Assembly: GCA_013265495.1 (NCBI GenBank)
Contig: MU057711.1
Coordinates: 62,001-126,000 of the forward strand
Length of the DNA: 64,000 nt
Direction: 5' to 3'
DNA from: Vicugna vicugna
Lineage: Eukaryota
Both the position numbers and the translations under genes were made by a program. Shown here piece after piece: positions 51,442-64,000 of this stretch (positions are counted from its first letter, which is position 1; the number at the start of each line of letters is the position of its first letter). Below the pieces are notes generated by a model that was given only the letters and a program-made list of their open reading frames with translations, searched no databases and was not told where the DNA came from.

Positions 51442-54054
51442 AAAAAAAAAAAGAACATAAATACAAAATAGAAGCAGACTCACAGACACAGAATACAAAC
51501 TTGTTGTTGCCAAAGAGTAAGAGGGTGGGAAGTGACAGACTGGGAGCTTGGATTTTGTAGATACTGACAGGCATATGTAGAACAGATAAACAAGATTATA
51601 CTGTATAGCACAGGAAAATATATACAAGATCTTGTGGTAGCTCACAGCAGAAAAAAATAACAATGAATATATGTACGTTAATGTATAACTGAAAAATTGT
51701 GCTCTACGCTGAAAATTGACACAACATTGTGAAATGACTATAACTCAATAAAAAAAAGTGAAAAAAACCCCCAAACATTGGAGGCCAGAAGACAGTGGCC
51801 AATATATTCCAAATGCTAAAAGAAAACAAACAACCCAAGAACCCTATATCTAGCAAAACTATCCTTCAATAGTAAGACAAGAATTAAGACATTCCCACAT
51901 AAACAAAAGCTGAGGGAATTTGTGACCCTAGATCTACTCTGAGAGAAATGCTCAAGGGCATCCTTCAAGGTGAAGTGAAGGAACACTAGACAGTATCTTG
52001 AAAACTGTATGTCAAAATAAAGATCTCAACAATGGTAAGTACATGGGAAATTATAAAAGCTAGTATTATTGGAACAACGGTTTTTAATGCTATTTTTCAT
52101 TTTCTACATGATGTAAGGGAATAATACATTGTTTAAAAAATCACTAGTCTAAAAATTAGTATGATCATACTTCTGGTTTGTAACAACACATTTGTTTACA
52201 ACATAATTTAAGAATAAAGGAGTGGGGACAGAGTAGAAAAGGAGTTTTTGAAGTCAAGCAGGTATAAATTTAGAGTGTCATAACTTTAGAATATTAAGTG
52301 TCATCCTTATGGTAACCACAAAGAAAACAGATACAGAATATACACAAAAGGAAATGAGAAAAGAATGTAAACATTTCACTACCAAAAAATCAACTAAACA
52401 CAAAAGAAGAGAGGAATTTAGGAAATGAGAGACAAAAAAGCTATAGCTCATATAGAAAACAATTAGCAAAATGATGAAAATCTATCTTTATCAGTCATTA
52501 TTTTATAATAAATGGATTAAATATTCCAATCAAAAGGCAGAAATTGGCAGAATGGATAAAAATATATGACTAAATCATACATCGCTGTCGCAAGAGACTC
52601 ACTTTAGATCCAAAGTCACACAAAAAAATTAAAAGAGGATGGAAAAAGATATTCAATGTAAGTAATAATAAAAAATGAGCAGAGGTGACTATATTAGACA
52701 AAACAGACTCTATTATCAAAAAAGGCTACAAGAACTAAACATTACCTATTTAAAAAACATTCAATGCAGCAAGAAGACATAATAATTACAAACATTTACA
52801 TACTTAACAAAGGACTAGCAAAATGTGAGATAAAATATGAAATATTTCATATTCTAAAACATGAAGCAAAAACTGACAGAACTGAAGGCAGATATATCAG
52901 TTTTACAACAACAGTTGGATACTTCAATATCCTACTATCAATAATGAACAGAATAGCCAGACAGAATTTAACTAAAGAAATAGAAGACTTAAACAACAAA
53001 ATAAACTAACTAGATCTAATAGACACAACCAGAACATTTCACCCAACAACACAGCAGTATGCACATTCTTCTCACATGCCCACTGGATATATGCCAAGAT
53101 AGAGCATATGTTAGGCCACAATTTAATTCTTTCTAAGATTTAAAAAGATAGATATTGTATAAAGCATCTCCTCTGACTACAATGGGATGTAGTTAAAAAT
53201 CAACAATAGAATTAAAACTAAAAAAATCACAAATTTGTGGAAATTAAACAACACACTCTTTAAAAAAACCAATGGACCAACAAAGAAATCACAAGGAAAA
53301 ATTAAAAATACTGAGAAATGAAAGAAAACAAAAATACAACTTAAACTTATGGGACTTATTGCAAAAGCAGTGCTACAGGGGACATTTATAGCTATAAATG
53401 CTTCCATTAAAAAACAATAACAATCTCAAATAAACAACCTAACTTTATAACTTAAAGAACTAGAGAAGAAAAACAAGCTAGTTCCAAAGCTATCAGAAGA
53501 AAGGAAATAATATCAGAGTAGAGATGAATATAATAGGGAATAGAAAAATAATAGAGAATATCAATGAAACCAAGAATTGGTTTTTGGAAAAGACCAACAA
53601 AACTGACAAAACTTTACTTAGATGGACTAAGAGAAAAAAAAGAGAGAAGGCACACATTACTAAAATCAGAAATGCATGTGGGACATTACTACCAATCCTA
53701 TATAAGTAAAAAAGATTATAAGAGAGTACTGTGAATGTAAATCATGAAGAAATATAAAATCTAAATAGATCTACAACTAGTAAGGATTTGGAATCAGAAA
53801 TCCAAAATGTCTTGACAAAAAAATTCTTGGATCCGATTACTTTACTAGCAAATGCTACCAAATATTTAAAGAAGAACTAATACTAATTCATCTCAAACTT
53901 TTCAAAAAAAACAAAAAAACAAAGAGAAAGGAATATTTCTTTATTCATTGTATGAGACAAACATTACCTGGTACCAAAGCCAGAATAAGATACTGCAAGA
54001 AAAAAAAAACTACAAAATAATAATGCTTATGAATACTGATAAAAAAAAGTCCTC

Positions 54055-54180
54055 AGTACATATATGTAAACTAAAAAAATGTGCAGTGTACTGTATATAT
54101 GTATTTACATGCAATATGATGTGTATGTGCAGTTGAACTGTAGTAATTCTGCCTAATGAAACTGAAAAAGGAAAAAAGAA
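54055..54180 (+). mobile_element. Short polyadenylated retro-tail, copy 2, inserted in ORF2 of the old L1
   Basis: Near-identical to 26695-26822. It interrupts the host at aaaagtcctca|..|actactaataaactgaattc. Confidence 0.75.
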
Positions 54181-57023
54181 ACTACTAATAAACTGAATTC
54201 AGCAGCATACTAAAGGGATCAAGCAGGGTCCCTTACACCATGATGAATTGGGATTTATGTGTGGAATGCAAGGATGGTTCAACATATAAAAACTGATCAA
54301 TATAATACACCACATTGACAGAATGAAGAAAAAAAACAAATGATCAACTCAACTGATGCCAAAAAAGTATTGAACAAAATTCAATACTATTTCATGATAA
54401 AAACACTCAAGAAACTAAGAATAAATGGAAACTACTTCAACAAGATAAAAGTTAAATATATAAAACCCGCAGTGAACATTATATTCAATTGTGAAAGACT
54501 AATAAAAGCTTTTCCTCTAAAATTAGGAACAAAGTAAGAATGACCAATATCACCACTTCTATTCAACATAGTACTGGAAATTCTAGCCAGAACAACCAGG
54601 CAAGAAAAAAGATATAACAGGTATCCAAATTGGAAAGAAGGAATTCAAATTTTCTCTGCTCACAGATGATATGATCTCACATGCACAAACCCTAAAGATT
54701 CCACAAAAACTTGTAAGAACTAATAAATCAATTCAGTAGGATACAAAATTAATATTCAAAAATTAGCAGCATTTCTATATACCAACAATGAACAATACTA
54801 AAAGGAAATTAAGAAAATATTTCAATTACAGTAGAACCAAAAAGAATAAAATACATAGAAATTAACCAAGGAGGTACAATGAAAATTATAAAACATTGCT
54901 GAAAGAAACCATTAAGAAGACAAATGGAAACACATTTCATTTTCATGAACTAGAAGACAATACTGTTAACATGTCAATACCACCCAAAGTGATCTACAAT
55001 TTCAGAACAATCCATACCAAAATCCCAATGGCATTTTTTTTTGAGAAACAGAAAAACTCATCCTAAAGTTCATAAATTCCTATAGAATCTCAAGAAACCT
55101 CAAATTACCAAGACAATTTTGAAAAAGAACAAAGTTGGAGGACTTACACTTCCTAATTTCAAAACTTACTTCGAAGCTACAATAATCAAACCAGTGTGGT
55201 TGGTAGTAGCATAAAGATAGGTATAGCACAGGTCAATGGAATTGAATAGATTCCTGAAATAAACCCTTGAATATACAGTCAAACAATTTTTGACAAGGAT
55301 GGCAAGACCATTCAATGGGGAAATAATGAGTCTTTCAACAAATGGTGCTGAAACAACATGATATTTCCACACATACACACACATAAGAAAGTTGGACTCT
55401 TATTTAACTCTACATACAAAAAGTAATTCAAAATGAATTAAAGGCTTAAACGTAAGACCCGAAGTATAAAACTTCCAAGAAAATATAGGGCCAAAGTTTC
55501 ATGACATTGTAACTGACAATTTCTTGGATAGGACATCAAAGACACATTCAGAAAAAGATGCAACAGACAAACTGGACTTCATAAAAATTAAGATTTTTTT
55601 TACATCAAAAGACAATATCACCAGAGTACAAAGGCAACCCAAAGAAGAGGAGGAAATATTTGCAAACTGCTTATCTGATGAGAGAATAATATTCCAATTA
55701 GAAAACTCCTAAAACTCAACAACAAAAACAACCTGATTAAAACATGGGCAAAGAGCTTGAACAGACATTTCTCCAAAGAAGATATACAGATGGCCAATAA
55801 GTACATAAGGATGCTCAACATCACTAAATATTAGGGAAATGCAAATCAAAACTATGTGATACAACATTATGCTCATGAAGATAGCTACTCTGAAAAAAAT
55901 AGAAAATAACAAATGCTGACAAGTATGTGGAGAAATCAGAACCCTTGAGCATTGCTGATGGGAATGAAACATGGTAAAGCTGCTGTGATGGTGGTTTCTA
56001 AAACATTAAGCATAGAACTACCATTTGATCTAGCAATTCCACTTCTGGGTACATACCCCAAACAATTAAAAGCAGTGTCCCTAAAGGATGTTTGTACATC
56101 CATGTACATAGCAGCATCATATACTTTAGCTAAAACGGGGAGCAATCAAGTGTCCATTGTAGTATGAGTGACTAAGAAAAATGTGGTATACATAGACAAC
56201 GAAATATTATTCGGCCTTAGTAAGAGAATTCTGACATATGCTACAACACGGATAAACCTTGAGGATATTATGGTAAGTAAAATAAGACAATCACAAAAAA
56301 GGCAAACACTTTATGATTCCACTTACGTAAGGTACTTAGAGTAGTCAAAATCATAGAGATGCAGAGTGGTGGTTGCCGAGGGCTTGAGGAAGGGGAGACT
56401 GGGAAGTTAATGTGCATAGTTTCAGTTTTACAAGATGATAAGAGTTATGGAAAAAGACGGTGGTGATGGTAGGACAACATTACGACTGTATTTAATGTGA
56501 CTGAACTGTACACTTAAAATAGTTATGTGTAAATTTTATATTATGTATGGAAATAAAAAATGAATAAATAAAAATTTTAAAATCTTGTTTAAAAAAAGAG
56601 TGACTTTATGACACTATAAACGTAAAGTTAGTCATTAAATATAAAAGCATGGAATTATAACAAACTTCATAAAAAATCTGTCTGTTTTATGTTTTGGGGA
56701 TTAATAAAACCAGAGGTAACCATAACACATTAACAGGTCAGTGTCATTTAAAATACATAGCGTTTAATTTGTTTCTAAAATTGACTTCAGGGTAAATTGA
56801 GTTCTTGCTTATGAAAATGGATTAGGACTCATCCTTTGAGATATTAAACATTTTATACAGTTTGGTATGTACATTGGAACTACTATTTGTTACAGGAGTA
56901 ATACTAGAAATGTTTCCATGAACAATGGGAAAGGATTTATTGAATAGTACAGCAGGCTTTAAGAACTCTTTATTTTATATATTTTTGTAGGAGAACCCAT
57001 TTATTTCTTTCATCTGCATTATA

Positions 57024-57149
57024 TGTATTTTTTTGGGGAAGAGGTAATTAGGTTTATTCATTTATTTATTTAATGGAGGTATTGGGAACTGAACCCAGCA
57101 CCTTGTGAATGCTAGGCATGTACTCTACCACTAAGCTATACCCTCCCCA
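57024..57149 (-). mobile_element. tRNA-derived SINE, camelid Vic-1-like
   Basis: Minus strand reads ggggagggtatagcttagtggtagag...ctgggttcagttccc. TSD ctgcattata at 57014-57023 and 57150-57159. Confidence 0.88.
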
Positions 57150-57299
57150 CTGCATTATACTTTTAATGGTCACAAAAAATTAACCTAGCCTAAGAGGACA
57201 GAAAAATTTAAAGTTAGATCTAACAGTTATCTTACAGATATATTCTGTGCTGTATTTTTTTTAAGGCTTAAAAATAAATTTATTTTTAGTTTTCTTTTC

Positions 57300-57401
57300 C
57301 AATTTTCTTTTTTTGGAGGAGGTAATTAAGTTTATTAATTTATTTTGATGGAGGTACTGGGGATTAAGCACTCACTCTACCACTGAGCTATACCCTACTC
57401 C
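57300..57401 (-). mobile_element. Vic-1-like SINE with an internal deletion removing most of the B box
   Basis: gaggtactggggatt|aagcactcactctaccactgagctataccc lacks the gaacccagga...atgct segment seen in sister copies. Confidence 0.8.
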
Positions 57402-59429
57402 ATGTGCTGCTTTTAAGGAGTAAAAATGTGTGTATGTTTGGCATACTGATCTTCAATACTAAATTGATGAAAAAATATTACATACTTTTAAGTCATCTGA
57501 CAGTTCACCAACTTTCAGAAGTCAAAAATTACCCTCTACCTCAGCTTGTTCTGCCTGCCTGATAGCTTTGTTTTATAATGTCATGACTCGGTGACATAGA
57601 CTAATTCCACTTTCAAGTTTATTTCAGAAAACAAAATTCTATTTCACTTTAGGTAAAAGCCGGGGGGGGGGGAGGGTGGAAATAAACCACAATGACTGTC
57701 AGAGTTCTGACAGAATGCCACGTCTCAGGCAACATGCTGTGGAATGGCAATGGTCCCATTACTTGCTAGGAGCACTGTAATAAGGTTCTTTCAAAAATCA
57801 AATTGAAAAAGAAAAAAGAAAGATGATCTCTTAATTTGTAAAGTCATCCTACATGCTTTTAGCTCATTTTACCCCACATTTTAATTACTTTGTATTTCTA
57901 ATCATGGATACTAAAAATGTTCTAAAATATTCTCAAAGCTCCCAGTCTCCATGAATGATATCTGAGATTCCTGGTGCTGTAAGAGTGAAATGAGATTTTG
58001 AGTCATTAAAAATTTAAGTTTTTCATACTCCATTTCAGCTAGTCTTCAAAAAATATTAATGGAAACTTAGCTCTCTTGGTTTTAGAGGAAAGGGTAGGAA
58101 GGGTGCAACTAAATATTTCCTTTTAGACATTTTTGTTCTGCATGCTGACATACAGTATGAAGTAAGAGTCTTTTATGATTATAGACCATTTCTATTAAGA
58201 GAAATGTAAACATCTTGGAGAAAACATTTTTAAATGACTTAAGTTGAATGTTGACTTTACATTCTTCTTAACTGAACCAATGTAATAGTTTCGAGGTTCA
58301 AAACATTTAACGTTAATAGACTTTAAGTTCATGGTAAACCAACTATAATGGATAAAAACTGACTGATTTTATCTTGAATATGATTAGATAATAATTCAAT
58401 TTAAATTACTTATTGCACATTAGTTATACTGGGTATTAAAAATATGATGAGCTACCATAATCATTTAAGTTTACTGGCATAATATGTGCTGCTTGGGGAT
58501 GCTATAAACTGTCACTCAGATTAAAAGAGACAGCAGGTCACACATCCTAATTCAGGTGAAGTGCCTAGGCAAACAAAGTCTATATTAAAGTCCTAATCCC
58601 ATGAAACGGTAACTAGCAACAGTTGAAATGTCATTATAATTCTGTCAATTATTGACAAAGACTGAAACAAACTTTAGGTGATAAAGAATCACTATTTGAG
58701 GTTTAATAATACACGGGAAACACTGTATAGTAGAAGTAAGACATGTAGTTCTATGTTTGTTATTATTCAGTCAGTAAGAGCTGAGTATCCAAGGACACCA
58801 GATACTGTTTTAAAATGAAATTCTATTCAGAGTTCTATTAATGAAAATATTCAACCTCAAAATGTTAAAAAAAGCTGAGTCTCAAAAACGTCTTTCTTTT
58901 TATGCAGAAAGTACGTTATTGCCTTGTGTTTACCCTCAGTAGTATGCAATCCTGGATATCAGATTAAGAACATATCTATATTCAGAAAGCAAGTATGATG
59001 AAATAGCAAACCATGCAACACAATCTTCTACTAAATGTCATGTCAGTCTCCCGGTAAAAGACTATCTAAAGTTTTAGATATCTGATGACCCAATTTACAT
59101 CTTTTCAGTTACCCCAAGGATATTTCATTACTCTATTCTACTTGATAGTAGCAGAAAACACTCAACTGTTCATTTTTATCTTTTTAAATATATGGGGGCA
59201 GGGTGGAGAGGGAGGTCTACATTAGCCTCTGAAGCTACTTGGAAAAAATACATTGCTAAATGCTAAAATGGAACAGATAGAAGCTGTTAGTGGTTGTTAA
59301 AAAATGTGTGCTGCTTTCTTCTCCAAGGTAGCAGGAGGGAGGGAAGAAGAAGAGGAGGGAAGGAGAAGAAGGGAAGGGAGACAGAAGGATCATCTGACAT
59401 ATATCAGGATAAGAAAGGAGACCTCAATT

Positions 59430-60090
59430 TCAAACTGTAACAATGTAAAGAAAAATTTTGGGAACCATGAGACAGAATATAATGAGGGTTTGACTTTAGA
59501 ATGTGAGAGTGAGATCAGGGATAATCTCCTAACTCAAAGATTATAATGTGTTTTTCTTAGAGAGAGTGTGGGTGTCTGGGTTTGTTTACTTAGAATTAGT
59601 GTCCAAGTGTGATAGAATGAGAGTCAAGTCTATTTGCAAGAGATTGTTTGTAAGGATGTACCATGGACAGGGACGGAAGTCCAGGCTGAAGGGAGGAAGG
59701 GGTGGATATAAAATAGCAAGGTCAGTCAGTGGACCTGTGGCCTCAGCAAGGTCCAGGAAATGGCAGGGGAGGCCCTTGAGCAGCCAGCCTAGAGGACAGG
59801 AGAGGGTGGCAGGAGAGTGGGATGTTTGATAACTGATTTGGGGGACAGTTTGTTTTCTGGTACCCACATGGTACAGGGACTGAATTGCAGTGGCTAGGAT
59901 GGGGAAGTCATGGTGCTGGGCTGGGTCATCTCTGTGGACAATGAAATCATCTAAAATGACGGCAGGAGTTAGACAACTGCCTGGGACGCATTATGTCGCC
60001 AGTAAACCAGGAAACTGGGAGGTGTTAGCAATGAAAAATGGAAGATGGCTGGTATAGCTAGGTGGCAAAGTCTCAAAGGAGTAGGAGATT
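59430..60090 (-). mobile_element. Probable L2 internal remnant
   Basis: Purine-rich degenerate sequence with gggtcatctctgtggacaatgaaatcatctaaaatgac-type L2 motifs. Highly diverged. Confidence 0.45.
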
Positions 60091-60119
60091 TGTAGAAACG
60101 TAAGTCAGAAATAATTTAT

Positions 60120-60312
60120 AAGGGTAAATTGCCTCCTAAGGGACATTTTATGATGTGAGAAGACATTTTTGTTACTACTAGTATTTAGAGGGTAGAGGCT
60201 GGGGCTGCTGCTAAACATTCTACAAAGAACTTGACAGCTCCCACAACAGACTTACTCAGCTCAGAATGTCAATAGCTAAGGATAGTTAAGTCATAGTTAA
60301 GAAACTCTTGGG
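60120..60312. mobile_element. MER20, degenerate
   Basis: gggacatttt..gaagacattttt..gggtagaggctggggctgctgctaaacattctaca..cagaatgtcaatag, similar to 31911-32127. Confidence 0.75.
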
Positions 60313-62274
60313 TAGAGGAAATAAGCAAAGACAGGGCAATGAGAAAAACTAGAGCTCATTTAGGAAAAAGCTGAGTTTACTTCGGCTGAAGCACAGGATA
60401 CCAGCAAAGGAAATGCAGAAGATAAAGTTGGAAAGGAGGCTAGGCCCACACTGCATACAGGCTAAGAAACTAGCATCTAATTGTGAGGATAAAGAGGAGA
60501 CACTGAAGCAAGACACTTTGCTCAGAGAGCAAAGAAATGACTAGACATCACTGAGTTGGAAGGCTTTACATATGCCTTATCAATAATTTGTCTTTTCAGT
60601 TTACAAACAATTATAAGCATGAGTTTCGTCTCTTTAATGCTCACTGATGTCTCATCTCCTTAACAACAGTAAGGCCCTGGATAAGAGACACGAAGTCCCA
60701 CAGTTGACCAGGCACACACTGTCAGCTAGCCTGAAATTCAGACTTTTAGCTACACTGCTTTTAACAGTATTGCCACACACACTCTTCAGCTATGAAAATA
60801 GAGAAAACATGAAAAACTTTAACTTCCACTGTTCATTCCCAGCGTCTATTTAGAGGTGCTGAGGAACGAAGAAATGGCAGGAAGCGTAAGACAGGAAAAG
60901 AAAGAAGGCCTGAACTGATAATATAAGAAGGATCTAAATACTTCCTGAAAAAACAGAGTGCAAATTGTACCACCCAATTTTGGAAATATTCATGAAGGTT
61001 AAAATATGGGTCACTAAACTTCTTCAATCATTTTACTCCTCCTTTTCAAGGAGGAAATCATTAACAACTCAAGCTTATGAATTTGGACCATTTTTTAAAG
61101 CTGTTCTGTAGGTTTGTTTGGCTCATTTCAGTTAGCAGTTGCTTTCTATAACGACTGTAATTTATAAAAGCCTGACTATAACCAAGTCAATCTATTTCTG
61201 AGAAGAAAATACTAACTTGGTTCAGGTTGCCTTTTCTGTTCCTCTCCCTGAAAGTAAATTAGACACCAAACAAGGTCACTAAGGCAATAATGCCCCCAAA
61301 TAAATCAGATCTTTTCTGACAGGTAAAGAATTTAATCTGCTGGAAGGTATTCTGTTCAGAATGATAACCGTAATACCAAAGCATCACTTATTCCTTCTCC
61401 AGTGTACCAAGTCGAGCCCTAGTGACATTAAAGAGCTGATATGACTTCAATGCCACTCTTTCTGTACTTAGGGAAAGCTTATGTACCAGACAATGTTTTA
61501 GTAAGCATGAATCAGAGAGAGAAGTTCCATTCTCCAAACCACATGCATGGATCAGGCTAAATAAAACCCACAATGGTAAGAACTTTCCACATCAAGAAGG
61601 AGAGAGAGCTTCTCTCCCTGTGCTTTTAATCAGCTCAATCAGCACTTCTAGTGTTCCCCTCACTTCACAGATCAAATTTTGAGGGTTAGAGCTACTCTGA
61701 CAGATTGCAGAGAGTATAAGAAATGTTACCAACGTGAAAGTAAAATAATTGGTGTCACCTATTAATAATAGATTCAGTGAAAATGAGATAAAGGGTAAAC
61801 GGAGCAATATTATTAAGTGAATTTCAAGACAGCGGCATTCTATTCTCCCTTAAGAAAAAGCACTTTAAGAGACATACCTTAGTAAACAGTGGTTTCCATC
61901 ATAAGAAGTTCAGAAACCTCACATTCTTTCCATCTGTTACCAGCTATAAGAAAGTCCCCTTCTATTTCATGCAGCATACATTTATAAAGTACATTTTTAA
62001 TACACTGTAGTTAGGCTCACAGTTCCCTATGACAAGTACAGATTATCTCACATGACAGTTATATTTTTATCCAACTGGAAAGTTAGTTACATTTTTCTAC
62101 TATTTTCAGGGGTTGAAGGCCATATATAATAGTTTGCCTTGTGTCTCTTGATATTAATTAAGCAATCTCTGGCAGTGGGGTCACGTAGTCCACTATGTGT
62201 GCTTTTACTGTCAAAAAGAATACAGTGATAATCTGATAGCTTTTTAGTTCTACCTGTTCATGTACTGGAACAGA

Positions 62275-62512
62275 ATGAAATAACAACTAATCTTACTGTC
62301 TTACACTACAGGCACCATGCTAGGTGATCTGCATATATTCTCTGATTTTATTCCTTACTCTGCAAGGTAGGAACTATTAACATTCTCTTTTTTACAGATG
62401 AGGAGTTTGAAGCTCAGGCAAATAATTTGCTCAGCTGGTCAGCAGTAGAGCCAGGATTGGAATCCAGATCCATTCTAAAGCCTGCATTCTTAACCACAAT
62501 GGTTCACTGTCT
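62275..62512 (-). mobile_element. MIR SINE
   Basis: caggcaccatgctagg..gcaaggtagg..tttacagatgaggagtttgaagctcag..gtagagccaggattggaatccag. Confidence 0.8.
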
Positions 62513-62539
62513 TCCTTTGCTGGAAGAGAACTGGCTTTC

Positions 62540-63620
62540 TCTCATTTTCATTCCTTCCTTAGTCATTCAAATAGGTATCCCTAGGCACCGAGGTTTTCAG
62601 GAGCAGAGCAGCTAAAATGGTAACTGTCCTTAAGAGGTGACACTCTACCAGAGGAAAGAGAAAAGACAATTATAACAGAGTAGTAGCCATTACACTGGGG
62701 GTGAGAGAAAGCTTCCTAGAAAAAGAGAGGTCTCCGTTGAGAGCTGAAGGATATGTACAAATCAAGCAGGTGAAATGAAGGCAGGGGGGTGTTCAGAGTA
62801 TCTTGGACATGAAGCACAAAGAGACGGGGGTTGTGAGAGGCTGGAGCACTAGGTAGAAACCAGATCAGGAAGGTCCATTTATGTTATGGCAAGGAGCATG
62901 GAATTCTTCCTGTTGGTAATGAAATGGCATTAAGATATTTTAACAAGCATGTGGTAAGATCAAATCTCTATTGTAGAAGTTAGAATGCCACCTGGAGCCT
63001 GGACTTGAAGAGAAGGAGACCAGTCAGGAGACTGTCAACGGTAAAGTAAGCAAGATGAAATAGTGGTCTAAACACAGGTTGTTCAAACATTGGTTACTAT
63101 GTTAAGAGGCAAAGTCATGAAGATTTGGGAACTGATTAGATGTGAGGAGTGAGAAAGAAGGAGAACAAGAATGACTCTTGTAAATGGCTTGACATCTGAG
63201 GAGATGGTGTTGCCACCATTGAGACAGGAAGCAAAGCAGGATGAGAAGGTTTTGAGGGAAAGATAACATGTTCTGTTTTGGACAAGTTGAGTTTGAAATG
63301 GGTCAGGTTATAGGAATGGTAAAATCCATAAAAGAAACCTGGGGTGGAGATACAATTTGGGAGTTGGTGGCACAACTAATGTAACTGATGTAAGAGATGG
63401 AAGTGCCCAAGGAGAGTGTTTGGTTTAAAAAGGGAAGAAGGCTGACAAAACTGAACTTTGTCCACATTTATGGATCAGAGAGAGTAAGAGGAGCCCATAG
63501 AAGGTTCTGAAAAGAAAAAAATACAGGTTTCACTGTGGTCAAAGAGAGCAAGTGTCTCATGGACAGAAGAGATATGTCAGTGCTGCCTAGAGGTTAAATA
63601 AGAGAAAAAAGGATAGGAGG
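62540..63620 (-). mobile_element. L2 fragment
   Basis: cattcattcc-like 3' end, gcttcctagaaaaag..gagctgaaggat, ggagaccagtcaggagactg and ctgttttggacaagttgagtttgaaatg. Confidence 0.75.
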
Positions 63621-63914
63621 TTGTATGTGGTCAGAGTTCTGGGAGATAAAGCCTAGGTGTGTCCGTGGGACTGCTGCCTGAAATGAGGTGTGTGGGTTAT
63701 GGACCATGGAGACAATTATTAAATGGAACAGATTATGTTTTGTTCACATAGGCACATGATAACTGCTCAATAAATATCTGTTGACTGAATGAGCAAATTG
63801 GAAGAATCATATTGGTAGCAGAATCTGAAACTAACTAAATCTTTATCTTGGTTTTCAAACCAAGAGTAATTATCCTTTACTGGGTCATGAAATCAATTTC
63901 ATCAACATCTTAAA

Positions 63915-64000
63915 ATAAAGTGTAAAAATATGAAAACATATGTATGTTCATGTATGACTGAAGCATTATGCTGTAAACCAGAAATAGATACACTGTAAAC
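63915..64000 (+). mobile_element. Camelid L1 3' tail fragment running off the window end
   Basis: atatgaaaacatatgtatgttcatgtatgactgaagcattatgctgtaaaccagaaat resembles 13130-13200. Confidence 0.8.

Larger units (their letters stand above)
44687..51772 (+). mobile_element. Full-length (~7.1 kb) lineage-specific LINE-1, inactivated
   Basis: Starts gggggccaagatggc, with 5'UTR, ORF1, ORF2, 3'UTR, aataaa and an A tail. 17-bp TSD aaacactggaggccaga (44670-44686) / aaacattggaggccaga (51773-51789). Confidence 0.97.
43080..56575 (+). mobile_element. Old full-length L1MB-like element (5'UTR, ORF1, ORF2, 3'UTR) hosting a SINE, a full-length L1 and a retro-tail
   Basis: 5' end ttctgggaagatggagggatagaaagcaccagaaatc. 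ORF1 remnants (LLDKEFKTTVLKMVKELKE, EMKNSLEGL). It resumes at 51790 with degenerate ORF2 over ~52470-56300 and an L1MB-type 3'UTR ending aataaaaaatgaataaa. Confidence 0.88.
1..64000 (-). other. ITFG1: ITFG1 gene body (partial): introns of 27.8 kb (584-28394) and 6.4 kb (28477-34877), plus flanking introns running off both window ends
   Basis: Three in-frame internal exons. I did not recognise the upstream exon (..HAFIDLTEDFTA) or the downstream exon (WVPVLQDF..) in the window. Confidence 0.9.

Noticed and set aside
59304..59867. 80-93 aa ORFs with charged runs
   Set aside because: Purine-rich low-complexity sequence and degraded L2, with no coding signature.

Overview
This is mammalian genomic DNA, not prokaryotic. 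The tRNA-derived Vic-1-like SINEs point to a camelid. The window lies inside ITFG1 (TIP/LINKIN, FG-GAP repeat protein) on the minus strand. It holds three internal coding exons with GT-AG splice sites: 34878-34939 (62 nt), 28395-28476 (82 nt) and 489-583 (95 nt). They splice in frame to (D)LFLTTLSASGTFQFEIWENL-DGNFSLSTIFEKPQNMVVVGQSAFADF-(D)GDGHMDHLLPGCEDKNCQKSTIYLSRSRTKQ and are probably exons 7-9 (numbering from recall). The rest is intron dominated by transposable elements: a full-length but inactivated ~7.1 kb L1 with a 17-bp TSD nested in an older full-length L1MB-like element, a multiply nested L1 cluster at 15-22 kb, an orphan L1 5'UTR, an ERV-L remnant, Charlie1/MER5A/MER20/Tigger1 DNA transposon fossils, MIR/L2 and four SINEs. 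Most track ORFs are L1 fragments or spurious. I see no convincing novel biological system. The best leads are candidate poison or terminal cryptic exons of ITFG1, an L1 3' transduction, a two-copy 125-bp retro-tail with identical 5' ends, a higher-order 59/118-bp repeat in the L1 5'UTR, and motif-dense enhancer-like islands. Repeat family names come from remembered consensus sequences and repeat boundaries are approximate.
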